The notes below the pieces were generated by a model. The model did no database searches. It had not been told where the DNA came from and saw only the letters and a list, made by a program, of their open reading frames with translations. Position numbers and translations under genes: made by a program. This document shows, one piece after another, positions 1 to 11,674 of a stretch of DNA of 64,000 nt. Source of the DNA: Desulfovibrio sp. (GTDB lineage: Bacteria > Bacillota > Dethiobacteria > DTU022 > UBA8154); contig JAGVAS010000056.1 in NCBI GenBank assembly GCA_020060185.1, positions 3,734 through 67,733 on the forward strand, given 5' to 3'. Every line of letters begins with the position of its first letter. The stretch's first letter is position 1.

Positions 1-3000
1 GGGAAGAGAGCACCTGCACGTTCCAGGAAGAAGGTTCCTTTTCTTCCAGGTATGGCATATATCCTGCTTCTTTCTGCATCTTTCTTAAAACCCCGGCCTG
101 GGGATGCCGCAACAGCGCCGGCCCGATCCAGTCCAGGCAGCTTTTGGCCCCGGCACGGTAATAGGCGGGAAGAAGCCGTCCCTCCCCGCGTGAGGGTATC
201 ACCCACTTCTGCACCTCTTTCGCCATGTCTTTGGCCGTGGCTACCAGGACCAGCTTTTCCTGGGCCCGCGTCAGGGACACGTAAAGAATGCGCATTTCTT
301 CCGCCAGCATTTCTCTATGCAGGCGATTCTTGAGTGCCAGCCAGGGTAAGGTGGGATAAACCAGGCGCAGCTCCGTATCTATAAATTTCGGCCCAAAGCC
401 CAGCTCTTTGTGCAGGAGAAAATCCTGCCGCAGGTCCTGCATGTTAAACTGCCTGGCAAGCCCCGCCACAAAGACCACGGGGAACTCCAGACCCTTGCTC
501 TTGTGCACGGTGATGATACGCACCACATCTTCCTGCTCGCCCAGCGCCCGTGCCGCACCCAGATCTCCACCCCGCTCCTTTAACCTTTCTATAAAACGCA
601 GGAAGCGGAACAATCCCCTTAAGGAAGTAACCTCATACTGGCAGGCCCTGTCGTACAGGGCCCTCAGGTTGGCCTGACGCTGGTTGCCTCCCGGCATGCC
701 TCCCACCAGATCATAGTAGCCTGTATCGCCGTAAATCTGCCGGATCAGCCCTGCCAGGGAGCCCTGGCGGGCCTCATCCTGCCACCTGTGCAGATCCCCC
801 AGGAAAAGCTGCAGCTTTTCCCGCATCGAATCCCCATCATGCTCACCTTTCGAGCAGTAAACCTGCAAAGCCTCATAATAATTTGCCCCCGGTGCTGCCA
901 TGCGTATACGCGCCAGCTCTTCTGCGCTCAACCCCACCAGTGGTGAGCGCAGCACCGCGGCCAGGGGGATCTCCTGGAAGGGGTTGTCGATAATTTTCAG
1001 GAGGGAGAGCATGACCTCCACTTCCGTAGCCTCAAAATAGCCCGTCCCCAGCTCCACATAGGCGGGTATTCCGGCCCGGCGCAGTTCCTCCAGGACAGGC
1101 ATGGCCCAGTTCCGGGCCGAGCGCAATAAAATAACCATATCCCGGTAAGTTACAGGTCGCTGCTTGTTGTTTTTGCGGTCAAGGACATAAAAAGGTTCGC
1201 CTTCGCTTTCCCCCAGAAGCTCCTTAATTTTTTTCGCTATGAGCCGTCCCTCCAGGGCAGCCTTTTCCAGCTCTTCCTCCTCTACCGCCTGCGGAGACAC
1301 TTCCGTGTCTTCTTCCTCAGCATATTCTTTTTCGCTGCTGCCCGCACTCCCATCATCTTCCTCATCTTCTGCAGCAAGAAGACCTCCAGCGGTTTCACCG
1401 AAGGCAGAGATAAAAACTGCTTCTACGGCAAAAGGATCTTTTTCCTCCTGCAAGGCAGGCGGGTAAGAAGCTCCACAGTGAAGCCAGGCCCTGTGGTCAT
1501 ACTCCATCTCCCCCACAGTCTCATCCATGATCTGGCTGAAAAGAAAATTCACCCCCGCCAGGATTTCCCGGCGGCTGCGAAAATTATGGGTAAGGGCGAT
1601 ACATTCTCCCGGGAGAAACCCGGAGGTATAATCCCGCAGCTTGCGCAGGAAAAGCTCCGGCTCGGCCAGGCGGAAGCGGTAAATGCTCTGCTTGACGTCT
1701 CCCACCATGAAGAGGTTCCCCCCAGGTTCCGGCAGGGAAACAAGCTTCAAAATCGCCTCCTGCACCAGGTTTATATCCTGGTACTCGTCCACCAGTACCC
1801 CGGCAAACCTTTTCCTGTACTCCAGGGCCGCCTCTGACGGTTCCAGGGAACCCGGAGCAGCATCCGGACGGCTCAGGATCTGCAGGGCGTAATGCTCCAG
1901 GTCGGAAAAATCGGCTAACCCCTTTTCTTCCTTGGCCTGGCGGTAACGCCCCTCAAAGGCCGATACCAGTTGCACCAGGATATCCAGGAGGGGAGCGAGG
2001 AGCTTTAATTCTTTCACCTGTTCTTCAAGGGGCCGCTGGAAAAGCTCTTCCTTAATCCTGGCCAGTTCTTTTTTACAACCATCCCGGTCTTTTGCAACCT
2101 TTTCTTTTAAAAGGGGATCGTAATCGTTACCCCGGCAGGGCGCTAAACGGTTAAAAACAGGCAACTGTAACGCCGTAAAAAGCTCCTGCCAGGAGCGAAA
2201 AGAAGCCTCCCTCATCGCCTCAAGTGCCCTGATATCCGCTTCCAGGTTTTCCACGTAGGGCGCCGGACCCCCCGGCCTTCGGGCAATCTCCAGGGCCTCC
2301 TGGAGCCGCCCCATAATGCTTTCTAACTGCAGAACACATTCCCGCATCAGCTCCTGCATCCACGGGGTTTGCTCCAACTCCGCAGCAGCTTCGATCTTAA
2401 AATCATACGCTTTCCTTTGCAACCATGCGGCGGGCTGGGTATGGCTCCTGGAGAAATCGTAGAGCCTCTGCACCAGGACCTGCAAAGCCCTGTCTCCGCG
2501 GTCGCTGCTGTAGACATCCACCAGGCGGTAAAATGGACTTTCCGCCTCCTGGTTCTCGTAATATTCTTCCAGGATCTCTTCCATGATCTCCTGCCTCAAA
2601 AGCTCGGCTTCGGTTTCATCCAGGACACGGAAGGAAGGATTCAAGTCCCGCAGGTAATAGTAACGTTTGATCACTTCCAGGCAAAAGGAATGGACGGTGC
2701 TGATCGCTGCCTTGTTGAGCAGCAGGAGTTGACGGCGCAGGTAAGGAAAGCGGGGGTTTTCCCTAATGGCTTTTTCCAGGGCCGCTCCGATACGCTGCTT
2801 CATCTCCGCTGCCGCGGCGTTGGTGAAAGTAACAACAAGCAGCCTGTCCATTTCTACGGGTTTGTTCCTGTCCGTAATCAGTTGCAGCACCCGCTCCACC
2901 AGCACCCTGGTCTTCCCCGAACCGGCACCGGCTGTCACCAGGGCATTTTCCCCCCGGCAGGCGATGGCCTGCCACTGTTCTTCCGTCCAGGTACTGCCTG

Positions 3001-3038
3001 CGGGTTTCTGCGGCCCTTTTTCGCGCTCACCCCTTGTC
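1..3038 (-). CDS. addA: ATP-dependent helicase/nuclease subunit A (AddA), 5' part; ORF runs off the window start so it is absent from the complete-ORF track
   Basis: Minus-strand translation from ATG at 3036-3038 gives MTRGEREK...GAGSGKTRVLVERV (Walker A), DEYQD, TVHKSKGLEFPVVF (UvrD helicase motifs) with no stop down to position 1. It overlaps the addB stop by about 11 nt, in the canonical addB-addA order. Confidence 0.85.
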
Positions 3039-6000
3039 ATTCTCATTCTCTCCTTCCTTTTCCCGGTCTTTTTCCAGGTAGTTCCAGATGTGCTCCGCTT
3101 TTTCACTCTTTAACAGGCGGAAGCTGTTTCCTTCCAGCGACAGATCAAACTGGCAGATCGCTTTATAGGGGCAGTATGTACAGGCTTGGCTTTTCCCCAG
3201 GCGGTAAGGATTAATCTCCACCTGCCCCCCGATAATTTTCCCCGCTGCAGCTTTGATCAGGCGTCGTACGTGCTGGCGCAGCTGCTCAAACCTCTCCCTC
3301 GTTATCGTTGCTGAATTCTTGTAAAAACCGCCTTCCGCCGTAATCCCCACGGGGATTATCTCTGAATACCCCTTTTTCAGGCTGTTGTCCATCATACGCA
3401 CAATTTGCCGGTCCTCCAGCACCAGCCCCTTCATTTTGTAACGCTTGCGCATTTCCTGTTCTATTTTATCCGGGGGTAGAACTCCTCCCGAACTTATCAG
3501 GGGAGTATGGACGCAGAAATAGAGGACACCGGCTGGCAGGGGCACTTCTTTCAGCCACGTATGGGCCTGGGTTAAAACAATATCCAGGTAAGTCAACACC
3601 TGCAGCGAGAGGCCGTAATATACCTCCAGCAGCTTAAGATCAGTCCACCCCGATTTATAGTCGATCACGCGCAGGTAAGCCTGTCCATCCTTATCGTGGG
3701 CCAAATCCACCCGGTCGATGCGCCCGGCCAGTTCCACCCGGCAGCCGTTTTCCAACTCAAAGCTGATCCCCGGTAAAATGCCCCCGGGGCCGAAGGAGAG
3801 TTCCAGCCCGGCAGGCCTGAAGTTACTGCGCCTGGCATGCTCTCCCAGGATAAGGACAGCGCGCCCTACGGTTTCCTTCAGCTTCCCGCTCAGGTAGCGG
3901 TAGCGGCTGGAACTTAAAAGGATCTCTTTTTGCAGCCTCGGCACCAGCCGTTCCACCTCTTCTGATGCCAGCTGCAGGCAGCTTTCGCTGTCCAGTTCCC
4001 CCCACTCCAACCTTTTTTCCTGCAGGGTTACCGCAAAGTTACGCAGGGCGGCGTGGAAAAAGCGCCCTATATCCGGCGACTCCAGCCGGTAGACCTGCCG
4101 TTCCCTGAGGCGCAGGCCGTGGGAAATGAAATGAGAAAAAGGGCAGGCCTGGAACCTCTCCAGCCGGGAGACACTGGCTTTAAGCTCTTCTCCGTAGATT
4201 TGCAGGCTGGTTTCAGCAGCCAGCGGCCTTTCCCGGTTCTCGTAAAAGATCCCCCCCAGCAGTCGCCTGGCCTGTTGACGCCAGTATTCTTCCTTCGCAT
4301 ACCAGTTGTACATCTCCCACCACAGGGGGTGGATTTCTGCTCCCTTCTTCCAGCGGCTAAGCTGCACCGCCAGGTGGGACAGGGCCCGCCGGGGATGGGC
4401 TATGTAAGGCAATAAAGCCGATGCCTGCCTGTCTTCCCAGTTGCTTGCGGTATCATTTATATCATCAGAAAGAAGATCATAACTTTTCGGCTCACTATCT
4501 TCAGCATTCCCATTCCCGGGTTCGTAACCATCACCACAACTGCATACAGCAACCCCTTCACCGCTGTCCTCATCCCCCGGTTCCGCTTCCAGCAGCTTCT
4601 CCTGCAGGGAAGGGAAAAGTTCTTTTAAATGGGCAATAAGCAGAGAGGAGACCAGCGCCCTGCCTTCCTCGTCAGCCAGGGGATAGCTTATCTGCAGGCC
4701 TCCGGAGGCGCGGGTTAAAGCCATGTAGATGAGGAATTGCTCGTCCAGCAGGCGGCGCCGGCTTCCCGGAGCCATTTCCAGCCCCCAGCTGCTTACGGTC
4801 TCCCGTTCTTCCTCGGAAAAAATACCGCCCTCACGGGGACGGGAGGGCAGCACGCCGTCGTTTACCCCCAGGAGGAAAACAAATCCGGCAGGGCCGGGCC
4901 TGCTCCTCTCCACATCGCCCACAAAGACCTGGTCCAGCGAGGGGGGAACAAGGCTCAGGCGCAGGGCATCCAGCCCCGCCTCCACAATGCTGGCATACAG
5001 CGTTGCAGAGAACTTCTCCTCCCCCATGAGCTCCACAAGCTGGTCCATCAGCTCCATAATTCCTTTATATACCTGCAGGTGCTCCCGCGCTTTTTCTGGG
5101 TCGCCTCTTAGCAGGGCTTCCCTGCTCCAGAACTCCAGACGCTCCCATACGCCGGCATTTGTTAACAGCCCGTACAGGGCTGTCGTCTTTTCCTTAACCG
5201 TTTGTGCTGTTTTAAATTTTTCCCGGAAACGGACTAGCGGTCCGCTTACCCTTAGCCTTGTTTCGTTAATCAAACTGAGGTAGGCTTCCTCTCCGGCCGA
5301 GAGCTTTTCTTCCCCTTCGCCCTCTTCCTCCAGGGTATCCCTCTGGCGGTACTCCCAGGGCCCTTCCCGTAGCCAGGGACTGCCCTGTATACCGAAGGCC
5401 AGGACGTAATTTTCCAGCCTGTCAGCCCTCTCCCGCCATTTCCGTCTCTCGTTTTCATCCTTGGCCAGGGGAAGGAGAAATTCCGTCTTGATACAGCGGA
5501 AAACGGCCTCGTAGCGCCAGTTGCGGTTTACCACCTCCAGGGCCGAGCAGATAAACTCCACCAGGGGATGGTGTACAACGGAGCGTTTCTGGTCCAGGAA
5601 AAAAGGAATATGGTAATCGCCAAAAACAGTAGAGATTGTATCTCTATATTCATCCAGGCTGCTGGCAATTACGGCCATATCCCGCCAGCGATAGCCCCCA
5701 TCCCTCACCAGCCTGATTATCTCCCGGGCCAGGGATTCCACCTCACAGCGACGGTTGGGTGCTGCCGCCAGCCGCAGCGCATGCACCTCCCCCTCAAACG
5801 GTTTAACCGGGTAGTTGTGCAGGTTCCTCTCCAGGTAAGCCAGGTCCGGCTTATCGCCAAAGCGGGGCAGGGTATCCCCCGTAAGGATAACTTTTTCCAC
5901 GGGAATAGCCCGGGACAGCGCCCTCTGCTGCAGTTTCTGGCAGGTTACGGCCGCCGGGTAAAAGGGGTCCAGCTCGTCCACCCTCTCCCCGGGAACACAA

Positions 6001-6743
6001 TCCCGTTCCAGGCAGACAGTTACGGTAACCCTTTTGCAGAACTTAAAAAGCCCCTCCAGTACCAGGAACTCCTGTGCGGTAAAGCCGTAAAAGCCATCCA
6101 CCCAGATTTCGGCCCCCTTTAAAAAAGAAGACTCCGGCATCTGCAAGGCCAAAAGGTTTAAATAATCCTCAGCATCCAGGTAATGCCCGGCCAGTTCACC
6201 CTCCGCTTCCTCCAGGATAAGGATAAGGTCGCTCATTTTCTCCTTAAATAAAGAAGGCAGGCTCTCTCCTGCTCCTGCGTGTTTATGAAAGGTCTCCTTA
6301 AGTTGGGAAATATCTAGACAAGATCGCTTCAGCTCGTTGTACATCTGCACGATGTTATCCAGCACCCCGGCCTGCTCCCCGGCATGCCTAAAGATTTTAA
6401 GTTCATTCCGGCGCTTCTCCAGAATCCTGCGCAGGACCATACCCTTGCCGGTATCGTCGATAAAGAGACGCTTCCCACCCCCGGCCTCCTGCATGACCTT
6501 CCAGGCCAGGCGGCGAAAGCTCAATACCTGGGCGCGGATCATCCCTCCCAGCCCGTAGGACGTAGCCAGGGTATACTCCGCCTGGAAAGTAGCCTGTTCG
6601 GGCACTATGTAAATGAGGGGAAAACCGTCCGGCCTCTCTTTAAGTTCCCCGGCAATCTCCCGCAGGCAAAACTCGCTTTTGCCGCTCCCGGCTCTACCCA
6701 GGATTAAGCGCAATCCCATGAAAACCTCTCCCTTAATATTCAA
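3027..6743 (-). CDS. addB: ATP-dependent helicase/deoxyribonuclease subunit B (AddB/RexB)
   Basis: 1238 aa; N-terminal GRAGSGKSEF Walker A; C-terminal nuclease domain with the CTYCPYKAICQFD Fe-S cysteine cluster typical of AddB; immediately upstream of addA. Confidence 0.9.
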   Translation of the reverse strand: MNIKGEVFMGLRLILGRAGSGKSEFCLREIAGELKERPDGFPLIYIVPEQATFQAEYTLATSYGLGGMIRAQVLSFRRLAWKVMQEAGGGKRLFIDDTGKGMVLRRILEKRRNELKIFRHAGEQAGVLDNIVQMYNELKRSCLDISQLKETFHKHAGAGESLPSLFKEKMSDLILILEEAEGELAGHYLDAEDYLNLLALQMPESSFLKGAEIWVDGFYGFTAQEFLVLEGLFKFCKRVTVTVCLERDCVPGERVDELDPFYPAAVTCQKLQQRALSRAIPVEKVILTGDTLPRFGDKPDLAYLERNLHNYPVKPFEGEVHALRLAAAPNRRCEVESLAREIIRLVRDGGYRWRDMAVIASSLDEYRDTISTVFGDYHIPFFLDQKRSVVHHPLVEFICSALEVVNRNWRYEAVFRCIKTEFLLPLAKDENERRKWRERADRLENYVLAFGIQGSPWLREGPWEYRQRDTLEEEGEGEEKLSAGEEAYLSLINETRLRVSGPLVRFREKFKTAQTVKEKTTALYGLLTNAGVWERLEFWSREALLRGDPEKAREHLQVYKGIMELMDQLVELMGEEKFSATLYASIVEAGLDALRLSLVPPSLDQVFVGDVERSRPGPAGFVFLLGVNDGVLPSRPREGGIFSEEERETVSSWGLEMAPGSRRRLLDEQFLIYMALTRASGGLQISYPLADEEGRALVSSLLIAHLKELFPSLQEKLLEAEPGDEDSGEGVAVCSCGDGYEPGNGNAEDSEPKSYDLLSDDINDTASNWEDRQASALLPYIAHPRRALSHLAVQLSRWKKGAEIHPLWWEMYNWYAKEEYWRQQARRLLGGIFYENRERPLAAETSLQIYGEELKASVSRLERFQACPFSHFISHGLRLRERQVYRLESPDIGRFFHAALRNFAVTLQEKRLEWGELDSESCLQLASEEVERLVPRLQKEILLSSSRYRYLSGKLKETVGRAVLILGEHARRSNFRPAGLELSFGPGGILPGISFELENGCRVELAGRIDRVDLAHDKDGQAYLRVIDYKSGWTDLKLLEVYYGLSLQVLTYLDIVLTQAHTWLKEVPLPAGVLYFCVHTPLISSGGVLPPDKIEQEMRKRYKMKGLVLEDRQIVRMMDNSLKKGYSEIIPVGITAEGGFYKNSATITRERFEQLRQHVRRLIKAAAGKIIGGQVEINPYRLGKSQACTYCPYKAICQFDLSLEGNSFRLLKSEKAEHIWNYLEKDREKEGENENDKG

Positions 6744-7045
6744 ATGGTATGGCGAAGACTGGAGCTCGCTCCAGGTTCACGCAGACAGGTTTTACAGCTT
6801 TGCTCGGTCTTCCGAAGACCTTCCCGGCCAAAATTTCCATCCTGGTCATGTGGCCGGCTACTGGCATTCATGCCAGCAGGGTCTTCTCCAGCCCTCACAT
6901 CGCTGAAGCTGTTTACTGCGCTACACAAGTCGCTCGCCACAGCCTTGCGCCACCTGTGAGTGGCATAATGCGTTCTCTGAAATCGATCATTTTAGTCTAT
7001 TGTTGTCCTACCCGAAAGGTCGCGTGGATTAGAGTAAAATAGGTT

Positions 7046-8254
7046 CTATCTGCCAAGAAAAAAGTTCATTAATCTAAAACCCTCTTCCATATACATTCCT
7101 TTTGCGGCAAAGCTCTCGCTAAACTCGCCCTGCGGGTTTTTTAGAGGGTCTTCCTTTTTATAAATACAGAATGGCACGGGTTCCGCCGTATGGGTGCGCA
7201 GGCTTAACGGGGTGGGATGGTCGGATAAGACCATGAGCCTGTAATCCTGAAATTCTTCGAGCCCGCGAAGTATTTCCCCTACCACTTTTTCATCTATCTC
7301 CTCGATGGCCCTAATTTTTACCTCAAGGTCCCCCTGATGTCCAGCCTCATCGGGAGACTCTACGTGGATAAAGACAAAATCCCTGCCTTCCAGCAGCACA
7401 TCCAGGGCTTTCCGGGCTTTGCCCTTAAAATCGGTTGTAATATTCCCTGTGGCACCGGGAACATCTACAACCTCGAACCCGGCAAGGATACCCAGCCCTT
7501 TGATTAGATCCATGGCGGAGATAACCGCCCCCTCCAGCCCGTATTTTTCCCTAAAGCTGTCCAGCCGGGACTTTCTGCCCTGCCCCCACAACCAGATGGA
7601 ATTAGCCGGCCTCAAGCCCCTGGCGGCGCGCTCCCTGTTGACAGGATGACCGGGCAGAAAAGTGCTGCTTACTTTCATAAACTCCAGCAGTACCTGGCTG
7701 TTTTCCCCCTGCAGCAGGTAGGCAGAAATCTCCTTACCCGTAATATCGTGTGGCGGTGTCAGGTTAAAACCATCGGGCCCGCCCCGCCAGACCATTAGAT
7801 GCCGGTAGCTGACACCGGTATAGAAGTTAAAAATTTCATTTCCCAGTCTGTCTTTAACTGCCGCCATGATCTCCCTTGCTTCGGGAGTGCTGATCTCGCC
7901 TGCGCTGTAATCCAGCATGCTTCTTTGCTCGTAAGGCCCCTCCCCGGAAAGCGTCACCAGGTTGCAGCGAAAGGCCACGTCCTCTTGCGCCAGCTTTACC
8001 CCCATAGCCACGGCTTCGATGGGAGAGCGCCCCGTATAATATCTAGCCGGGTCGTAGCCCATGACGGAGAGGTTGGCCACATCGCTCCCCGCCGGCATCC
8101 CCTGCGGCACAGTCTTAACCATGCCCATCTTACCGTATTTAGCCAGTTTGTCCATATATGGCGTATGGGCGTATTGCAATGGCGTTTTCCCCCCGAGCTC
8201 CTCCAGGGGGAAATCAGGCATCCCATCCCCAAGTATCACAACGTATTTCACCAC
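7046..8254 (-). CDS. apgM: cofactor-independent phosphoglycerate mutase, archaeal type (ApgM family)
   Basis: 402 aa, MVKYVVILGDGMPD... with the alkaline-phosphatase-superfamily metal-binding layout; RBS GGAAAGGAG 8 nt upstream of the ATG. Confidence 0.8.
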   Translation of the reverse strand: MVKYVVILGDGMPDFPLEELGGKTPLQYAHTPYMDKLAKYGKMGMVKTVPQGMPAGSDVANLSVMGYDPARYYTGRSPIEAVAMGVKLAQEDVAFRCNLVTLSGEGPYEQRSMLDYSAGEISTPEAREIMAAVKDRLGNEIFNFYTGVSYRHLMVWRGGPDGFNLTPPHDITGKEISAYLLQGENSQVLLEFMKVSSTFLPGHPVNRERAARGLRPANSIWLWGQGRKSRLDSFREKYGLEGAVISAMDLIKGLGILAGFEVVDVPGATGNITTDFKGKARKALDVLLEGRDFVFIHVESPDEAGHQGDLEVKIRAIEEIDEKVVGEILRGLEEFQDYRLMVLSDHPTPLSLRTHTAEPVPFCIYKKEDPLKNPQGEFSESFAAKGMYMEEGFRLMNFFLGR

Positions 8255-8360
8255 ATTTGCTCCTTTCCATATTTTAAGGAAGGGGGTCAGCCCCCCTTAA
8301 ATCCCTGTTTTAAAGCAATTATACCATTTACCCCTAAGGAAAAAAAGACCTCTTAAAAAA

Positions 8361-8457
8361 AGACAGCAAATAGACCTGTTCCAGTTAAGAAAACAGTCCT
8401 ATTTATAAAGTCATAACAATTTCCATATTTTACAGGAGGGACAGACCCCTTTTGGGA
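8361..8457. repeat. interspersed intergenic repeat family (tandem AACAGGCCTGTT-type palindromes + ATAACAATTTCCATTTTTTACAGGAGGGACAGACCCCTTTTGGGA tail), copy 1 (upstream of apgM)
   Basis: Roughly 80-90% identical to the copies at 35186..35263, 35874..35970, 38318..38393, plus partial copies at 36545..36610 and 38151..38197. Confidence 0.6.
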
Positions 8458-8529
8458 AAATATTCCTGCCAAGGCAGATATAAAATATTAATAAGCAGAA
8501 AAACCTTCCGTGTTTCGTAAAGTAGGCAC

Positions 8530-9642
8530 CTAGACATTAAAAAGATCCTCACCGCCGTTCCTGGAGGCTGTCTGGCTCATGAAGCGAGACATTGAGGACC
8601 GGTCTGTGGCATTTTCCATGGCATCCTCGGCTTTGATAAGACCCTTTTCATAGAGCTGCTGCAGGTGGTTGTCCAGGGTTCTCATGCCTGACTTGGCCCC
8701 GGTTTGCATGCTGGCGTAAATCTGCTGGACCCTACCCTCCCGGATCAGGTTGCGTATGACCGGGGTCACGGCCAAAAATTCCACAGCTGCCACCCTGCCC
8801 TTAGTATCTTTGCGGGGCAGAAGGCGCTGAGCAACGATGCCTATAAGGGTATTGGACAACTGTACCCGTATCTGTTCCTGCTGTACAGGTGGAAATATAT
8901 CAATAATACGGTTGATGGTCTGATGAGCATCCAAAGTATGCAACGAAGCCAGAACCATGTGGCCTGTTTCCGCAGCAGTAACAGCAACAGATATGGTCTC
9001 CAAGTCCTTCATTTCCCCCACCATGATAACATCCGGATCCTGGCGCAGCGCCGCGTGCAGGGCGATGGGGAAGGATTCGCTGTCCGAGCCTATTTCTCTC
9101 TGGTTAATAATGCTTTTTTTATGTTTGTGCAGGTATTCAATAGGATCTTCCAGGGTAATGATATGACAGTGTCTCTCCTCATTTATAAGATCGACCATCG
9201 CCGCCAGCGTGGTAGTCTTGCCGCTGCCGGCCGGTCCCGCTACCAGGATCAAGCCTTTAGGACGCAGGGTCATTCTCGAAACGATGTCCGGCAGCCCCAG
9301 GGTAGATATGTTGGGGACAGTAGTATTTATAACCCTGATGGCCATGCTCATCGTGCCTCTCTGGCGAAAAACATTGACGCGGAACCTTCCCAGCCCCGGG
9401 TAACTGTAGGAAAAATCGATTTCCCCTTTTTCTTTAAAAAGTGCGAAATTCTTTTCATCAAGAAGTTGTTTTGCCAGGTTGAGAGTATCTTCCGGCTTAA
9501 GTGGGATATCTGTTAAGTAAGTTAAAAAGCCGTCCAACCTTATCGTAGGAGGTACTCCCACGGTTATATGCAGATCTGAAGCATCCTGGTCCACCGCCTG
9601 TTTTAACAGATCACTGATATTCATTCTTATCCTCCTTCGCAT
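8530..9642 (-). CDS. pilT: twitching-motility / type IV pilus retraction ATPase PilT
   Basis: 370 aa; LILVAGPAGSGKTTTLAAMVDLIN Walker A; PilT/PilU-type secretion ATPase architecture. Confidence 0.85.
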   Translation of the reverse strand: MRRRIRMNISDLLKQAVDQDASDLHITVGVPPTIRLDGFLTYLTDIPLKPEDTLNLAKQLLDEKNFALFKEKGEIDFSYSYPGLGRFRVNVFRQRGTMSMAIRVINTTVPNISTLGLPDIVSRMTLRPKGLILVAGPAGSGKTTTLAAMVDLINEERHCHIITLEDPIEYLHKHKKSIINQREIGSDSESFPIALHAALRQDPDVIMVGEMKDLETISVAVTAAETGHMVLASLHTLDAHQTINRIIDIFPPVQQEQIRVQLSNTLIGIVAQRLLPRKDTKGRVAAVEFLAVTPVIRNLIREGRVQQIYASMQTGAKSGMRTLDNHLQQLYEKGLIKAEDAMENATDRSSMSRFMSQTASRNGGEDLFNV

Positions 9643-9865
9643 TATCTCGCTTAATTATAGCTGTCTAAACACAAATTTACATGGGCAAATTATAATAAAC
9701 GCATTAATCGGTCGCTCATGGAGCAAACGGTAAACAAATAACTATCACATTGCATCCGCAGTCCTTAAATGCGTTTATTATAGTTACTTTTAAGTTACCT
9801 TAAGGTAGTATTATATAAACTAAAAACAGGGCTTTTGAATTAAATCTCTTGCCCGTTTTCAGGTG

Positions 9866-11239
9866 CTAGCGATTTCTTATATAGACAACAGAACTCTCGT
9901 CCCTGTACGCTTCCTGCCAGAACCGTGATTCCCTTAAAGCAAGATCCTTCATTTGATTGACTCCCGTAAGAATCGTTTCTGCCCCGGTTTCGGCAATAAC
10001 CTCCCCGATGGGCTTTTCTGTTTGTCCCAAGTTTGCAAAACCATCCAGGATATCGTTATAAACGTCATTACGGCCATCTATATAGACAGGGACTCCCTTC
10101 CATATCAGGTAACCGCCCCAACCGTGGTCGTTGAACACTTTTTCATACCCCTGCGTGCTGATAAAATCAAGTGCCTCTACAGGATATCCTCCTTTTTTAG
10201 CTACGGCTTCCAAATTGGAGGGAAACCCTTTTACCCCCAGTACTACCGGCACGGCAATAAGTGAAATTATGGCAAGTCGTTTAATACTGCCCGCCCCCAG
10301 CTTAAAATTTAACAGCCCCATAAGCACCGCCGTGCTCAATACCGCGTAGGGTGAGTAAATCCGGGACATCAGTGCCAGGGCCCAGAATCCTGCGGCACGG
10401 GCAAACTCTAAATCTTTTTCCCTACCCTGCCGCACAGCCACAAAAAGGATTACGATAGAGATAAAAAACATTAAGGCCAGGATATTAAAGCCAAAAACAT
10501 ACGGCATCCAGCTGTAAATGCTTTCACGGTATCTGCTGGATAATAATCCTTCACCGACGGCATAAGCACAGAGGTTAAGGCCGTGGGGGTTAAGCAGGGT
10601 GGCAACTCCGGCCGAGACCGCCGCTGCCAGGCGCCAGCGTATAGTTTCCCACTTTTCCCTGTTAATAAGGAATTTCCAGGCGGTTTCTGCCAGCAGAAGC
10701 AAGGGAAACATTACGGCCGTGGAATGAATATTTCCCCAGAGAAGTGCCAGCCCTGCCGCAAACAGGGTTTCTCTCCAGCCCCACTTGTTGCGCAGGGAAA
10801 AAAAGAGATAGACGGAAAACAATGCGTAAACCCCTGCCTGCGGCCAGGGTTTCAGCCATCCCATGAGCAGTAAAGGAGCGAGCGCCCCAGCAGCAGAAGC
10901 GATCTGCTCCGAAACACCCCTCGCTTTTAGGCCGCTGCGGATCAGTACCCCCGCCATCAGTACCATGAGAAACGCCAGCAGCCAAAGCCCTAGAATTCCC
11001 GTTCTCCGGTGGATAACATACATTAAGGCTTCCCAGAGCCACTGGTGTGCTGTCCAGGGTTGTCCAAAAACACTCCAGGAATAAACATCTGTCCTGGGAA
11101 CGGCAAGATGGGAAACGATCCACTCCCCTACCTTCAGGTGCCAGAAAACGTCGGGGTCAGCCATCCACAGAGATCCCGCCATAACAATTAAAGAGCACCC
11201 GAGGATGTACAGTATTCCCCATTTCTTCCCGGTTAGCAA
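9866..11239 (-). CDS. polytopic membrane protein, possible GT-C fold glycosyltransferase
   Basis: 457 aa with about 10 predicted TM segments and a C-terminal soluble region; no motif I can name with certainty. Confidence 0.35.
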   Translation of the reverse strand: MLTGKKWGILYILGCSLIVMAGSLWMADPDVFWHLKVGEWIVSHLAVPRTDVYSWSVFGQPWTAHQWLWEALMYVIHRRTGILGLWLLAFLMVLMAGVLIRSGLKARGVSEQIASAAGALAPLLLMGWLKPWPQAGVYALFSVYLFFSLRNKWGWRETLFAAGLALLWGNIHSTAVMFPLLLLAETAWKFLINREKWETIRWRLAAAVSAGVATLLNPHGLNLCAYAVGEGLLSSRYRESIYSWMPYVFGFNILALMFFISIVILFVAVRQGREKDLEFARAAGFWALALMSRIYSPYAVLSTAVLMGLLNFKLGAGSIKRLAIISLIAVPVVLGVKGFPSNLEAVAKKGGYPVEALDFISTQGYEKVFNDHGWGGYLIWKGVPVYIDGRNDVYNDILDGFANLGQTEKPIGEVIAETGAETILTGVNQMKDLALRESRFWQEAYRDESSVVYIRNR

Positions 11240-11314
11240 GTCTAGCTGCCTCCATTAAAAATATTTATTGGGGTAAAAATAATCACCAAAACTTTTGAAG
11301 ACGTGCCAAGGGAA

Positions 11315-11674
11315 TTATATTTCCTCCAGCTTTACTTCGTCTCCGCTTACGGTTTCCGTTTTGCTGAAAGTGCCCGCCGGCGCCTCAATAACGAAACTGC
11401 CCTTTTTCACAGCAGGACTGAATTTAAAAGCAGGCATTCTCTCAATCAAGTAACAAATTCGATTGTGCTTGTCCACAAAGGCCACATCGATGGGAAAAGA
11501 CATGCCCACGGTGTGCACCGCCTGGCACGGTTTTATAACTATTCCCTTTCCGGGAGGGAGGCCACTGCGCCCCAAAAGCCCCTTCAAGCGCAGGTAAAAA
11601 TTGTCCGCCACTTCCGCCTCATCCAAAATGATATTACCTTTAGAAAGGTTTGTAACTCTTACTTTTTTCATCAC
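11315..11674 (-). CDS. DUF192 (ACR, COG1430) family protein, last gene of the tad operon
   Basis: 119 aa; GLLGRSGLPPGKGIVIKPCQAVHTVGMSFPIDVAFVD matches the DUF192 signature; overlaps the upstream VWA gene by 4 nt. Confidence 0.6.
   Translation of the reverse strand: MMKKVRVTNLSKGNIILDEAEVADNFYLRLKGLLGRSGLPPGKGIVIKPCQAVHTVGMSFPIDVAFVDKHNRICYLIERMPAFKFSPAVKKGSFVIEAPAGTFSKTETVSGDEVKLEEI

Noticed and set aside
3027-6743. Many + strand ORFs (for example 2369..3214, 4053..4415, 5568..6122) opposite addA and addB
   Set aside because: They are antisense shadows of long, clearly homologous minus-strand genes, with no independent signals.
8283-8312. GGGGG-TCAGC-CCCCC hairpin as a pilT terminator
   Set aside because: It lies more than 200 nt past the pilT stop and lacks a U-tract. 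It is more likely part of the apgM 5' leader.
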